A DNA stretch of 64,000 nt from an uncultured virus (IMG/VR IMGVR_UViG_3300042368_000845) (Duplodnaviria > Heunggongvirae > Uroviricota > Caudoviricetes). Positions 30,159 to 38,313 of the stretch are shown here, piece by piece. The position numbers and the translations under genes were made by a program. Numbering within the stretch: the first letter of the stretch is position 1; each line of letters starts with the position of its first letter. The notes beneath the pieces were generated by a model that saw nothing but the letters and a program-made list of their open reading frames with translations, was not told where the DNA came from and made no database searches. The stretch lies in IMG/VR virus record IMGVR_UViG_3300042368_000845; one strand, given 5' to 3'.

Positions 30159-31639
30159 GCTTTTATACAAATGTTTATTATACAGGATCTTCGATTCTGT
30201 TACGTCAAATCACAGATAAAAAAACAGAAAAGGCGAGAGTAAACTTCTCGCCATCTCTATTTTTGATTTCATCAAAAAATAGTAATTTTAAGACTGTAGA
30301 CGGAAGATATGCAGATGAAATTACTTTTACAAATGTTCATGAAATGAACGATTTTAAGAAAACATATGAAAATGTTGATAATTTTGAAATTCATGGAGAT
30401 ATTGACGCAAAGTATCAATATATTTCAAAGGAATTTGGAACTGAGTGTGATTATAATTTCAATGATATCGGTGTGATGTATATCGATATGGAAACGACAT
30501 GTGAAAATGGATTTCCATCTATTGAAAATCCAGAAGAAAAAATTATAGCAATCACGTGTAGTTTTAAGGGAAAGACATATGTTTATTGTCTTGGTGATTT
30601 TACTAGAGATGATGCAAATATTATCATCAATGAATATCACGATGAACAACAACTGTTGAGAGAATTTATTCATTTCATGCAAGATAAGCAACCAGAAATC
30701 ATAACTGGATGGAATGTTAGATTTTTCGATATTCCATATCTTGTAAATAGATGCAAAAAAATTCTTGATGAAAAAGAAGTCAAGAATCTTTCTCCATGGG
30801 GAATAATTAAAGATAGCATAGTCAACAGTCGTGGCGAAGATAAGGTCGTCTATGATATTGTTGGAATTTCTATTCTGGATTACTATGAACTTTATCGAAC
30901 ATTCACTTATGTAAATCAAGAATCATATAAACTTGATCATATTGCTTATGTTGAATTGGGTGAACGAAAGATTTCATATTCTGAATATGAAAATATGAGT
31001 GACTTTTATAAGAAGAATTTTCAGAAGTTTATTGAGTATAATATCAAAGACGTTGAACTTGTTGAACGTCTTGAAGAAAAGCTTCGTCTTATTGAACTAG
31101 CTGTTGCATTGGCATATTCTGCTGGTGTAAATTATAATGATGTATTTTCTCAAGTCAGAACATGGGATGTTATCATTTATAATTATCTCAAGAAGAACGG
31201 CATCATTATTCCACCAAAAAAGAATAATGTAAAAGATGAACAATATGCAGGAGCATATGTAAAAGAGCCATTGGTAGGAATGCACGATTGGGTAGTCTCA
31301 TATGACGTTAATTCCCTATATCCTTCTCTAATAATTCATTTTAATATTTCTCCAGAAACTTTACAAAACAAGAATTTCAAAGGAAAAATTAATATTCAAG
31401 ATATCTTGAATAAGAACAAAAATTCAGAAACATTCAAATGCTTTGATGAGGCAAAGAAAGTAAATTGTTCTATTGCGGCAAATGGAACACTTTATACAAA
31501 TAAAAAACGTGGGTTTCTTCCAGAACTCATGGATAAGATGTATAAAGAACGCAAACAATTCAAAGATAAGATGATTGAAGCCAAGAAAGATCTAGAAGCA
31601 ATTAATAACGAATTGAAGAAAAGGGGCTTGCAAGTCTAA
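30155..31639 (+). CDS. Family B DNA polymerase, N-terminal subunit (gp43A: exonuclease, palm motif A, first finger helix)
   Basis: DMET (ExoI), GWNVRFFDIPY (ExoII), YNIKD (ExoIII), YAGAYVKEP, DVNSLYPS (motif A); stops before motif B. Confidence 0.92.
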   Translation: MSFYTNVYYTGSSILLRQITDKKTEKARVNFSPSLFLISSKNSNFKTVDGRYADEITFTNVHEMNDFKKTYENVDNFEIHGDIDAKYQYISKEFGTECDYNFNDIGVMYIDMETTCENGFPSIENPEEKIIAITCSFKGKTYVYCLGDFTRDDANIIINEYHDEQQLLREFIHFMQDKQPEIITGWNVRFFDIPYLVNRCKKILDEKEVKNLSPWGIIKDSIVNSRGEDKVVYDIVGISILDYYELYRTFTYVNQESYKLDHIAYVELGERKISYSEYENMSDFYKKNFQKFIEYNIKDVELVERLEEKLRLIELAVALAYSAGVNYNDVFSQVRTWDVIIYNYLKKNGIIIPPKKNNVKDEQYAGAYVKEPLVGMHDWVVSYDVNSLYPSLIIHFNISPETLQNKNFKGKINIQDILNKNKNSETFKCFDEAKKVNCSIAANGTLYTNKKRGFLPELMDKMYKERKQFKDKMIEAKKDLEAINNELKKRGLQV

Positions 31640-31655
31640 ATAATCAGGATATAAT
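31628..31655 (+). promoter_or_regulatory. Sigma70-like promoter at start of intervening island
   Basis: TTGCAA-16 nt-TATAAT overlapping the last codons of gp43A. Confidence 0.55.
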
Positions 31656-31661
31656 ACTCAC

Positions 31662-32198
31662 ATGAACGTGATTGATTACTATAAGAATTGGGAAGTAAAC
31701 GCGATCATTGGTGATCTTGATACAAAGCGAAAGAACTTTACTGTACTTTGCAGCAATGTTGAGAATGATTTTAATATTGCAACAGCGATTCGTAATTCAA
31801 ATGCATTTTTGGCAAATGAGGTATGGATCTATGGAAAGAAGCAATATGATCGTCGTGGTACTGTAGGTACTCATAACTATACTCACTTCAAGCATGTTAA
31901 GACTATTTGTGATGTAATTGAAGAAGTTAAGGCTCTTGAGAAGCGAGTAGGAAGTGTTAGGATTATTGGTATCGATAATGTTCAGAATGCCATGCCAATC
32001 AATCATTATGCATGGCCAAAGCATGAACACATTCTCATGATTTTTGGCCAGGAAAAGGATGGAATTCCAAAACTTCTGCTTGACATGTGTGACGATATCC
32101 TGTATATTAAGCAGTATGGAAGTGTGAGAAGTTTGAATGTAGGAACAGCAAGTGGTATTGCAATGTATTCTTATTGTGAATACCTTGAGCGAGATTGA
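31662..32198 (+). CDS. TrmH/SpoU-family RNA 2'-O-methyltransferase
   Basis: NIATAIRN, FGQEKDGI, YI.QYGSVRSLNVGTASGI SPOUT motifs. Confidence 0.88.
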   Translation: MNVIDYYKNWEVNAIIGDLDTKRKNFTVLCSNVENDFNIATAIRNSNAFLANEVWIYGKKQYDRRGTVGTHNYTHFKHVKTICDVIEEVKALEKRVGSVRIIGIDNVQNAMPINHYAWPKHEHILMIFGQEKDGIPKLLLDMCDDILYIKQYGSVRSLNVGTASGIAMYSYCEYLERD

Positions 32199-32206
32199 GA
32201 TAATTG

Positions 32207-32290
32207 GGGATTGTGGCGGAATTGGTATACGCAACAGACTTAAAATCTGTCGGTCAATAGACCTTGTGGGTTCGAGTCCCACTAATCCCA
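32207..32290 (+). tRNA. tRNA-Leu (anticodon TAA)
   Basis: Acceptor GGGATTG/TAATCCC+A; anticodon arm ACAGA-CTTAAAA-TCTGT; long variable arm; GTGGG-TTCGAGT-CCCAC; CCA not encoded. Confidence 0.92.
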
Positions 32291-32304
32291 TTAGAAAGTG
32301 AAAA

Positions 32305-33057
32305 ATGAAGCAAACACTTTTTATATCAGACCTTCACATAGCATCTAACAAATGTAAAGCAAAACTCTTATCTGAATTTATTAAAAAGGATGAGAGTTCT
32401 TGTCTTTATTTGGTGGGTGATATCATTGATATTTGGCGTTTCAATCAGGCATTCAAGATGGATATTGAAACTCAGACCCATCATGTAGATTGTATTCGTC
32501 GCTTACTCAAGAAATCAAAACACGGAGAAGTCCATTATATTTGGGGAAACCACGATGAGTTTATGCATCGTTTTTCTGAGTCAAAATCTTTCGGTGGAGT
32601 TCATCTGCACGAAAGATGTGACTATACAGCATCTGATGGAAGAAGATACCTAGTTCTTCACGGTCATCAGTTTGACTTGGTATGTAAATACAAAATCGGA
32701 ACATTCTTATCTAAGATCGGTGATTTTGGATATGAATGGTTAATTGACATCAATGAATGGTATAACTGGGTACGTAAAAAGATGGGTCTTCAATATTCTT
32801 CACTTTCCAAGTATGTGAAGGTGAAGTTTAAGAAGGCAACAATGTTCATTGGAAACTTTGAAAAGCATCTTTCAGAATACGCAGAGAAGCATGGATATGA
32901 TGGAGTAATTTGCGGTCATATTCACGAACCAGCCGATAAGATGATCGGTAAGATTCATTATCTCAACTGCGGTTGTTGGACTGATGAAGCAAATCTCAAC
33001 TATCTGATTGACAAAGGTGATGGAAGTGGTATAATTCTATGCAGACACGAAAAATGA
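32305..33057 (+). CDS. Metallophosphoesterase, UDP-2,3-diacylglucosamine hydrolase (LpxH-like) family
   Basis: SDLH, GDIID, GNHD, HGH, CGHIH, NCG.W motifs. Confidence 0.85.
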   Translation: MKQTLFISDLHIASNKCKAKLLSEFIKKDESSCLYLVGDIIDIWRFNQAFKMDIETQTHHVDCIRRLLKKSKHGEVHYIWGNHDEFMHRFSESKSFGGVHLHERCDYTASDGRRYLVLHGHQFDLVCKYKIGTFLSKIGDFGYEWLIDINEWYNWVRKKMGLQYSSLSKYVKVKFKKATMFIGNFEKHLSEYAEKHGYDGVICGHIHEPADKMIGKIHYLNCGCWTDEANLNYLIDKGDGSGIILCRHEK

Positions 33058-33191
33058 AATACTTTTTTGAAGACTATGTTCTTTATCCTCTAGTATACAT
33101 TGGATTGTGTATTGGAGCATTAGCAGCAAGTTTATGTTTTTTACTGTGGGATACTTTAGTTTTTGTATTTAGTCTTGGAAAAAAGAAATGA
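33054..33191 (+). CDS. Small membrane peptide (45 aa)
   Basis: ATGA overlaps at both ends; hydrophobic; TTGACA-16-TATAAT at 33008-33035 upstream. Confidence 0.45.
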   Translation: MKYFFEDYVLYPLVYIGLCIGALAASLCFLLWDTLVFVFSLGKKK

Positions 33192-33367
33192 AAAAAGAAG
33201 AACTCATTGAAAACATTGAAATCCTCGCAGATAAATGTGAGGAGTTGATTAAGGAACGTGATCAAGCAAGACGACTTGTTTGTAAATATACAAAGAAAAC
33301 TTATCACACGCTCAAGGAAACCGCAGAACTACGAGGATGGGACTGCTACAAGGAGAACACACAATGA
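33188..33367 (+). CDS. Small hypothetical protein (59 aa, ERDQARR...RGWDCYKE)
   Basis: ATGA-coupled on both sides; below ORF-track cutoff. Confidence 0.55.
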   Translation: MKKEELIENIEILADKCEELIKERDQARRLVCKYTKKTYHTLKETAELRGWDCYKENTQ

Positions 33368-33990
33368 AGACACTAATCGCAACAGCATTTATCGCAACGG
33401 CAGCACACGGAACTGGGACTCTCTGCACCTTTGAGAATCTTCCTGCTCCAACAACTCCTAGTATGAGTTCCGCTACCACGGGATTCTATTGGGATTACCT
33501 CTCCTCATACGAGGGATTCCACTTCACAAGTTCATCTTCCCAAGGCAACTTCCAATGGGCATACTACGATCTCGTTGGTGGTGGGGGATACGCAGGATAC
33601 GATGAGGGAATCATCGGGGATCGTGCTTTGTTCACCCCGTGGGGTTCTGAGCAGAACAAGAACTACCGCATTCGTCGTGATGATCTTTGGATTCTCAACA
33701 GCATTGAAGTCACATCGGTTTGGAATTCGACCGCAGTAGTTATAGAGGGATACCGATACGGGGAGGGTGTGTTTACCTATACTACACAACTCACAGCAGC
33801 ACAGCGGGTAAAACTAAACATCTCCTCTGGATATCCTGGTCCGCTTAACAACATCACAGAGATCAAAATCTACACCAACACATTTAGTTCCCATCTCGCT
33901 ATCGATAATCTCAACTACACGGTGGTTCCTGCACCATCGGCACTTGCCCTGCTTGCGATTGCTGGTGCGGTTGGAAGGCGGCGACGATGA
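33364..33990 (+). CDS. PEP-CTERM-like surface-sorted protein
   Basis: AAGGAG RBS; signal peptide MKTLIATAFIATAAHG; C-terminal VPAPSALALLAIAGAVGRRRR. Confidence 0.85.
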   Translation: MKTLIATAFIATAAHGTGTLCTFENLPAPTTPSMSSATTGFYWDYLSSYEGFHFTSSSSQGNFQWAYYDLVGGGGYAGYDEGIIGDRALFTPWGSEQNKNYRIRRDDLWILNSIEVTSVWNSTAVVIEGYRYGEGVFTYTTQLTAAQRVKLNISSGYPGPLNNITEIKIYTNTFSSHLAIDNLNYTVVPAPSALALLAIAGAVGRRRR

Positions 33991-34160
33991 AAGATATTGC
34001 CTATGAACTTCGCGTTCTGACCAAAAGGCAAGATCTTCCACCCGATGTAATTCGTACAATTTCAGAGGCATATGCTGAGATTGTGGAACTTCGTAGTCAA
34101 GTAAGCAAATACGCTCTGGAAGCGATCACTCGCTTCGATGAAGAGAATGGACTATTATAA
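33987..34160 (+). CDS. Small hypothetical protein (57 aa)
   Basis: ATGA-coupled ORF MKDIAYELR...EENGLL*. Confidence 0.5.
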   Translation: MKDIAYELRVLTKRQDLPPDVIRTISEAYAEIVELRSQVSKYALEAITRFDEENGLL

Positions 34161-34181
34161 ATAATCATAGATGTTTAATCT

Positions 34182-34427
34182 ATGAAAAAAGATCTAAAGC
34201 AAGCAAAAAAGAATTGCGAATATATTGCAAAGATCAAAACAGAACGAGGCTGTTCTAAATGTGGTTATAATTTACACCCAGCCGCGTTAGAATTCCATCA
34301 TCTACAAGACAAAAAGCATAATATCTCCCGTATAGCACGTTCAGGAGTACCAGCAAATATTCTTGAAGAAGAAATTAAAAAATGCGTGGTTGTCTGTGCT
34401 AATTGTCATAGAATAGAACATTCATGA
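34182..34427 (+). CDS. Small HNH endonuclease
   Basis: CSKCG..ALEFHH..C.VVCANCHR.EH; TATAAATA at 34156-34163. Confidence 0.8.
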   Translation: MKKDLKQAKKNCEYIAKIKTERGCSKCGYNLHPAALEFHHLQDKKHNISRIARSGVPANILEEEIKKCVVVCANCHRIEHS

Positions 34428-34435
34428 GGTATCAT

Positions 34436-34708
34436 ATGGCAGACATTACAGATTACGAAAATACAAATCCTGAAAATATAAATGAGGCTTTTGAAAATCT
34501 TTCTGGTGATGTAAATTATATGCTGCATAAAATGAAAGAATTCAATAAAGAAGTTGTTGAATTGCTTGGTGACATGAAAGAATTAAAAGATTTTGTAGAT
34601 GTTGACATGAAGAATATTGATAAGTATAATATTGCTCGTAAGGCTTACATTGATCTTTATTATAAGTTTGATGATCTTCGTAACTATTACGACAATAGTA
34701 GAAATTAA
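34436..34708 (+). CDS. Hypothetical acidic helical protein
   Basis: GAGGT RBS before ATG (MADITD). Confidence 0.5.
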   Translation: MADITDYENTNPENINEAFENLSGDVNYMLHKMKEFNKEVVELLGDMKELKDFVDVDMKNIDKYNIARKAYIDLYYKFDDLRNYYDNSRN

Positions 34709-34709
34709 G

Positions 34710-34791
34710 GGATGATTACCCAAGCAGCAACGGGGGGAGACTGTAAATCTCCTGTCTTTAGACTTCGTAGGTGCAAGTCCTTCATCATCCA
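34710..34791 (+). tRNA. tRNA-Tyr (anticodon GTA)
   Basis: Acceptor GGATGAT/ATCATCC+A; GGAGA-CTGTAAA-TCTCC; long variable arm; atypical T loop TGCAAGT. Confidence 0.85.
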
Positions 34792-34806
34792 CTGATATTA
34801 GAATCG

Positions 34807-34870
34807 TACTCTATGATATAATGGGATTATCTCCGATTGGAGTATGTGGGTTCGAATCCCACTAGAGTAT
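34807..34870 (+). ncRNA. tRNA-like RNA lacking a normal anticodon loop
   Basis: TACTCTA/TAGAGTA acceptor; GATA-TAATGGGAT-TATC D arm; short (C)TCC-GATT-GGA(G) hairpin; GTGGG-TTCGAAT-CCCAC T arm. Confidence 0.7.
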
Positions 34871-34874
34871 TTAA

Positions 34875-35087
34875 ATGAAGAGAACTAAATCAACTACATT
34901 GAAGATCGGTGATCAGGTTTATCTCAATGATGAAGATGATTCTGGTCTATACGAGATCACACGAATAAATATTGAGCATGATGATTGCTGGTTGTTTGGT
35001 AGAGATATCGGTGAAGATAAACGTGATATCGAACAACAATTACCATTATCGTGGGTAGAAAGAATGTATAAAGATCAAAATCCATGA
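34875..35087 (+). CDS. Hypothetical protein (SH3-like small barrel possible)
   Basis: LKIGDQVY start; ORF in operon. Confidence 0.5.
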   Translation: MKRTKSTTLKIGDQVYLNDEDDSGLYEITRINIEHDDCWLFGRDIGEDKRDIEQQLPLSWVERMYKDQNP

Positions 35088-35263
35088 AAGATTCAAGAAT
35101 TCATTCGGCGGGAAAAGGCGATTCACGAAGACCAGTAGATTATAAAAAATGGTCAGAGAACTGGGATCGTATATTTGGGAAAAAGAAAAAGAAAAAGGTA
35201 AAGAAAAATGATGAGACTAAACACTCTATTGATTGGGATTCCGTAACAAATGGAGCCGATTGA
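35084..35263 (+). CDS. Small basic protein (GKGD.RRP..W.ENWDRIF type)
   Basis: ATGA-coupled 59-aa ORF not in track. Confidence 0.55.
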   Translation: MKDSRIHSAGKGDSRRPVDYKKWSENWDRIFGKKKKKKVKKNDETKHSIDWDSVTNGAD

Positions 35264-35675
35264 TTTTGATGATGCCAAGAATAGAGTTTTTGACAAATAT
35301 GGAAAATGTATGGAACTATTAGCACAACAAGAGCGTCTTGAGAAGCAATATAAGAATATTAAAATTCCATATCTTGAATTAAATGGAATTGGTTGGATTC
35401 CTATTATTGAAACTCTTCTACATGAAGCAGACGTATGGAATGAGAAGTGCAATATTGAAGATAAAATCGTGATTGACCAGATCAAAGAAAAATATGGATC
35501 ACTCAGATTCTATTTTCATGGTGGCAGTACAATGTTTCGTGGAATGGTAAGATTTGCGGAACAGATCAGTAAAAATACTTGTGAAGCTTGTGGATGTGTC
35601 AGTAAAAATCAATTTGATTGTACACGATGTAATATTAATTCTGTGAATGGTTGGGGTAAGGGAAAAGATGAATAA
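35250..35675 (+). CDS. Conserved phage hypothetical protein (QIKEKYG.LRFY...TCE.CG)
   Basis: GW..II, QIKEKYGSLRFY and C-terminal CxxC..CxxC. Confidence 0.65.
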   Translation: MEPIDFDDAKNRVFDKYGKCMELLAQQERLEKQYKNIKIPYLELNGIGWIPIIETLLHEADVWNEKCNIEDKIVIDQIKEKYGSLRFYFHGGSTMFRGMVRFAEQISKNTCEACGCVSKNQFDCTRCNINSVNGWGKGKDE

Positions 35676-35726
35676 ATAAGAATGTTAATTTTGATCTAAT
35701 GACGACCTACCAGCAATGGTGGGTGG

Positions 35727-36137
35727 TTAGTATATTTGTGATCTGATTATATTATTTCTTTCATTTGCTTTTCTTATAATAGGATGGTTGGGATCTACTC
35801 TTCCTGTAAGATGATTTAAATGATTATCAATTATTTTTGTAGACATATCATGTAATGATCTTTTTAATTCCTCATCTGAAGAATTTATAGATGCATCGTG
35901 AAGAAGATATGCTGCTTTAGCTAAATGTGTATCAGTATTACGAAGTTTATTTTTATGTGTATCCCAAAATAACATACTAGATTCTGATTCTGGATCACCA
36001 TCACCATGGGGTCCAATTGCCATAGAATTCAACCTTATACCATGAGATTTAATCATATTATGAATATTTTCTACTTCATTTTCTTCATATAATGATCTGT
36101 ATATTTGTTTTTTCAAACGATTTTTAAATGATTCCAT
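35727..36137 (-). CDS. Hypothetical protein, possible capsid-internal protein
   Basis: N-terminus MESFK...LYEE; hairpin ACCTACCA-GCAA-TGGTGGGT downstream. Confidence 0.55.
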   Translation of the reverse strand: MESFKNRLKKQIYRSLYEENEVENIHNMIKSHGIRLNSMAIGPHGDGDPESESSMLFWDTHKNKLRNTDTHLAKAAYLLHDASINSSDEELKRSLHDMSTKIIDNHLNHLTGRVDPNHPIIRKANERNNIIRSQIY

Positions 36138-36162
36138 ATTATTATATATTATAAATATTAGT

Positions 36163-37182
36163 ATGAATTGGATTCACTCTGTATCAAAATCGTATTTAAC
36201 AGAAGTCTTAAATATTAAGAAACCCAAAGTTTTATTTATTGGTAAGACCAGTATGATAAACGATATCTGGAAAATTAAACCAAACGATTTAGCACAATTG
36301 AAACAACTTTCTGATATTGATGTCATAACATTAGATTCAATGACAGAGGAGAAATTGGCAGAGAAGTGTGAAGGATATGATTATTTGATGTTAAATATGG
36401 ATTTTCTTCCATTTCCCGATCCAAATAAGATGGATAAATTGACAGAGAAGTTCTACAACCATCCTGGTATCAAAAATCTCAAAGGTATCAATGTTGATAT
36501 GACCGATGGTGATTTTTTTAGTCCACACTTAGCAAGACAAAAAGGAATATTTCTCCAGACTAGTCCAAATGCGGTGACACGAAGTGTTGCTGAATCTGCT
36601 TTGTGTGAAATTATGCTTCATGCCAAGCAAAGACATAATTCTTATGCGAATGATGAAAATTGCAATAAAACCCTGAATCTGCATGGAAAGATCGCAGGGA
36701 TCATAGGCCAGGGTCATATAGGTTCGGCACTTGGAGAGATGTTGTCTGGAATAGGAATGAAAGTATTGTTCAATGATATAAAATCATCTCAGTCAGAGAA
36801 TACTTCACTTGAAAAAATATTCAGTCAGGCTGATGTCATTAGCATTCATATTCCTGCTCTTTTACCAAGAACCACCAATAACAATATAGGATTTATTGAT
36901 TCTAAATTATTAAACCTATGTAAAGGTACAATATTAGTCAATCTTGCAACTGATATTATTGTGGATTCTGATTCAATAATATCGGCACTAAATACTGGAA
37001 AGATCGTTGGTTATTCGGTAGAACCTGGAAGAAAAGTTACAGAAAAACTAAGAAAATACAAGCAAGTTCATATTTCTCCATGCTCCTTTGATTCTGATGA
37101 GTCTAGAGCAAATGTAAAGAGAATATGGATTCAAAATATGATAACAGCAATTCAAGGATATCCACAAAACATATGGAACTGA
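36163..37182 (+). CDS. D-isomer-specific 2-hydroxyacid dehydrogenase family protein
   Basis: PNAVTRSVAE, L.GK.AGIIGQGHIG, ADVISIHIP, ILVNLA; TATAAATA at 36150-36157. Confidence 0.8.
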   Translation: MNWIHSVSKSYLTEVLNIKKPKVLFIGKTSMINDIWKIKPNDLAQLKQLSDIDVITLDSMTEEKLAEKCEGYDYLMLNMDFLPFPDPNKMDKLTEKFYNHPGIKNLKGINVDMTDGDFFSPHLARQKGIFLQTSPNAVTRSVAESALCEIMLHAKQRHNSYANDENCNKTLNLHGKIAGIIGQGHIGSALGEMLSGIGMKVLFNDIKSSQSENTSLEKIFSQADVISIHIPALLPRTTNNNIGFIDSKLLNLCKGTILVNLATDIIVDSDSIISALNTGKIVGYSVEPGRKVTEKLRKYKQVHISPCSFDSDESRANVKRIWIQNMITAIQGYPQNIWN

Positions 37183-37270
37183 TAATATTCACATTATTCT
37201 TTTTACCACTTGCTCTTAGTTTCTGGGTTGGAACTTTAGTTGGACGAATACTTGAATTAAAGAAAAAGAT

Positions 37271-37762
37271 ATGAAAACATTTAAGCAATTTATCAAAGAG
37301 CAAGAAGAACTGGAAGAAAATAAACTTGCAAAAACAATGCTAGGATTAGCAATAATCGGTGGGCTTCAAGCAGGAGCCATGAGACACGATCCTGTGCCAA
37401 ATAGTTCACAAACATCAAAGACCGTTGAAAAATCTGGTGACGAAACAAGAACATCGGAACTGATAAGAACTGGTGCGATGAAAGCAGGAGAAAATGCAAG
37501 ACACATACACCGCGGATTCTTCGATACAAAGGACAGAGAAGTGGTCGATACTCTTGTGCGTGATGTTCCCAGCACATCTAAGTTTAAAGTAACAAAAACA
37601 GGACCAGATGGGACAGCAGTTGCTTCTAGAACAATGATCGGAAATAGAACAGTCAATAGAACTGGAAGTATTGACAATACGAATTTAAAGATTCCAACCG
37701 ATGATGTGACTGTTTCTGGCAAAAAGGATAGTTTCAAAAACATCGTTTGGAAAAAGAAATAA
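37271..37762 (+). CDS. Probable capsid-internal protein with hydrophobic segment
   Basis: MKTFKQFIKEQEELEE leader resembling the T4 internal-protein targeting sequence. Confidence 0.55.
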   Translation: MKTFKQFIKEQEELEENKLAKTMLGLAIIGGLQAGAMRHDPVPNSSQTSKTVEKSGDETRTSELIRTGAMKAGENARHIHRGFFDTKDREVVDTLVRDVPSTSKFKVTKTGPDGTAVASRTMIGNRTVNRTGSIDNTNLKIPTDDVTVSGKKDSFKNIVWKKK

Positions 37763-37936
37763 ATGAAATCACCCGATAGGTCTTGGGATTTAGATGAATT
37801 CATAGGTCTTGTGGTCTTAGGGGGACCAACCGCAGTATATTGTTATTGGATTGGTCATGCAATATTTCAAATTATAAATATATTAGTAAACCTTATATAA
37901 GATGTGTTAAGTATAACTGAATATAAGGAACCATAA

Positions 37937-38278
37937 ATGCAGGGACAAAGCAATAATACTGATAATTTTTTAGGAATTGGTATAGATCTTGGTCTTATGA
38001 TGGCAGGATTTTTTGGTGCGTTAATTTTAGCATTAACAGCAAAAAATCAGACTCCTGGAAGGGCAATAACTTCTATATTTGCTGGAGCATTATGCGCCAA
38101 CTATTTGACACCAATTGCTCTTCATTTCATGCCAGAATCCATACAGAATAATGGTAAATACGGTGCTGCATTTATAATGGGATTTATTGGGTTGAAAACA
38201 TTAGAATTAGTCTATGATTTTGTATCCAAGAAATTAAAGACAAAAAATGGTAAGATAAATATTGACATTAGTATGTAA
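37937..38278 (+). CDS. Holin-like membrane protein
   Basis: Three hydrophobic helices, basic C-terminus; TATAAATA at 37873-37880. Confidence 0.55.
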   Translation: MQGQSNNTDNFLGIGIDLGLMMAGFFGALILALTAKNQTPGRAITSIFAGALCANYLTPIALHFMPESIQNNGKYGAAFIMGFIGLKTLELVYDFVSKKLKTKNGKINIDISM

Positions 38279-38313
38279 TAATACTAAAATTTAAATTATA
38301 AGGAATATTTAAT

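Noticed and set aside
31797..32291. Minus-strand ORFs starting MGLVGLEPT / MDDEGLAPT (also 34583-34792)
   Set aside because: Antisense translations of tRNA genes
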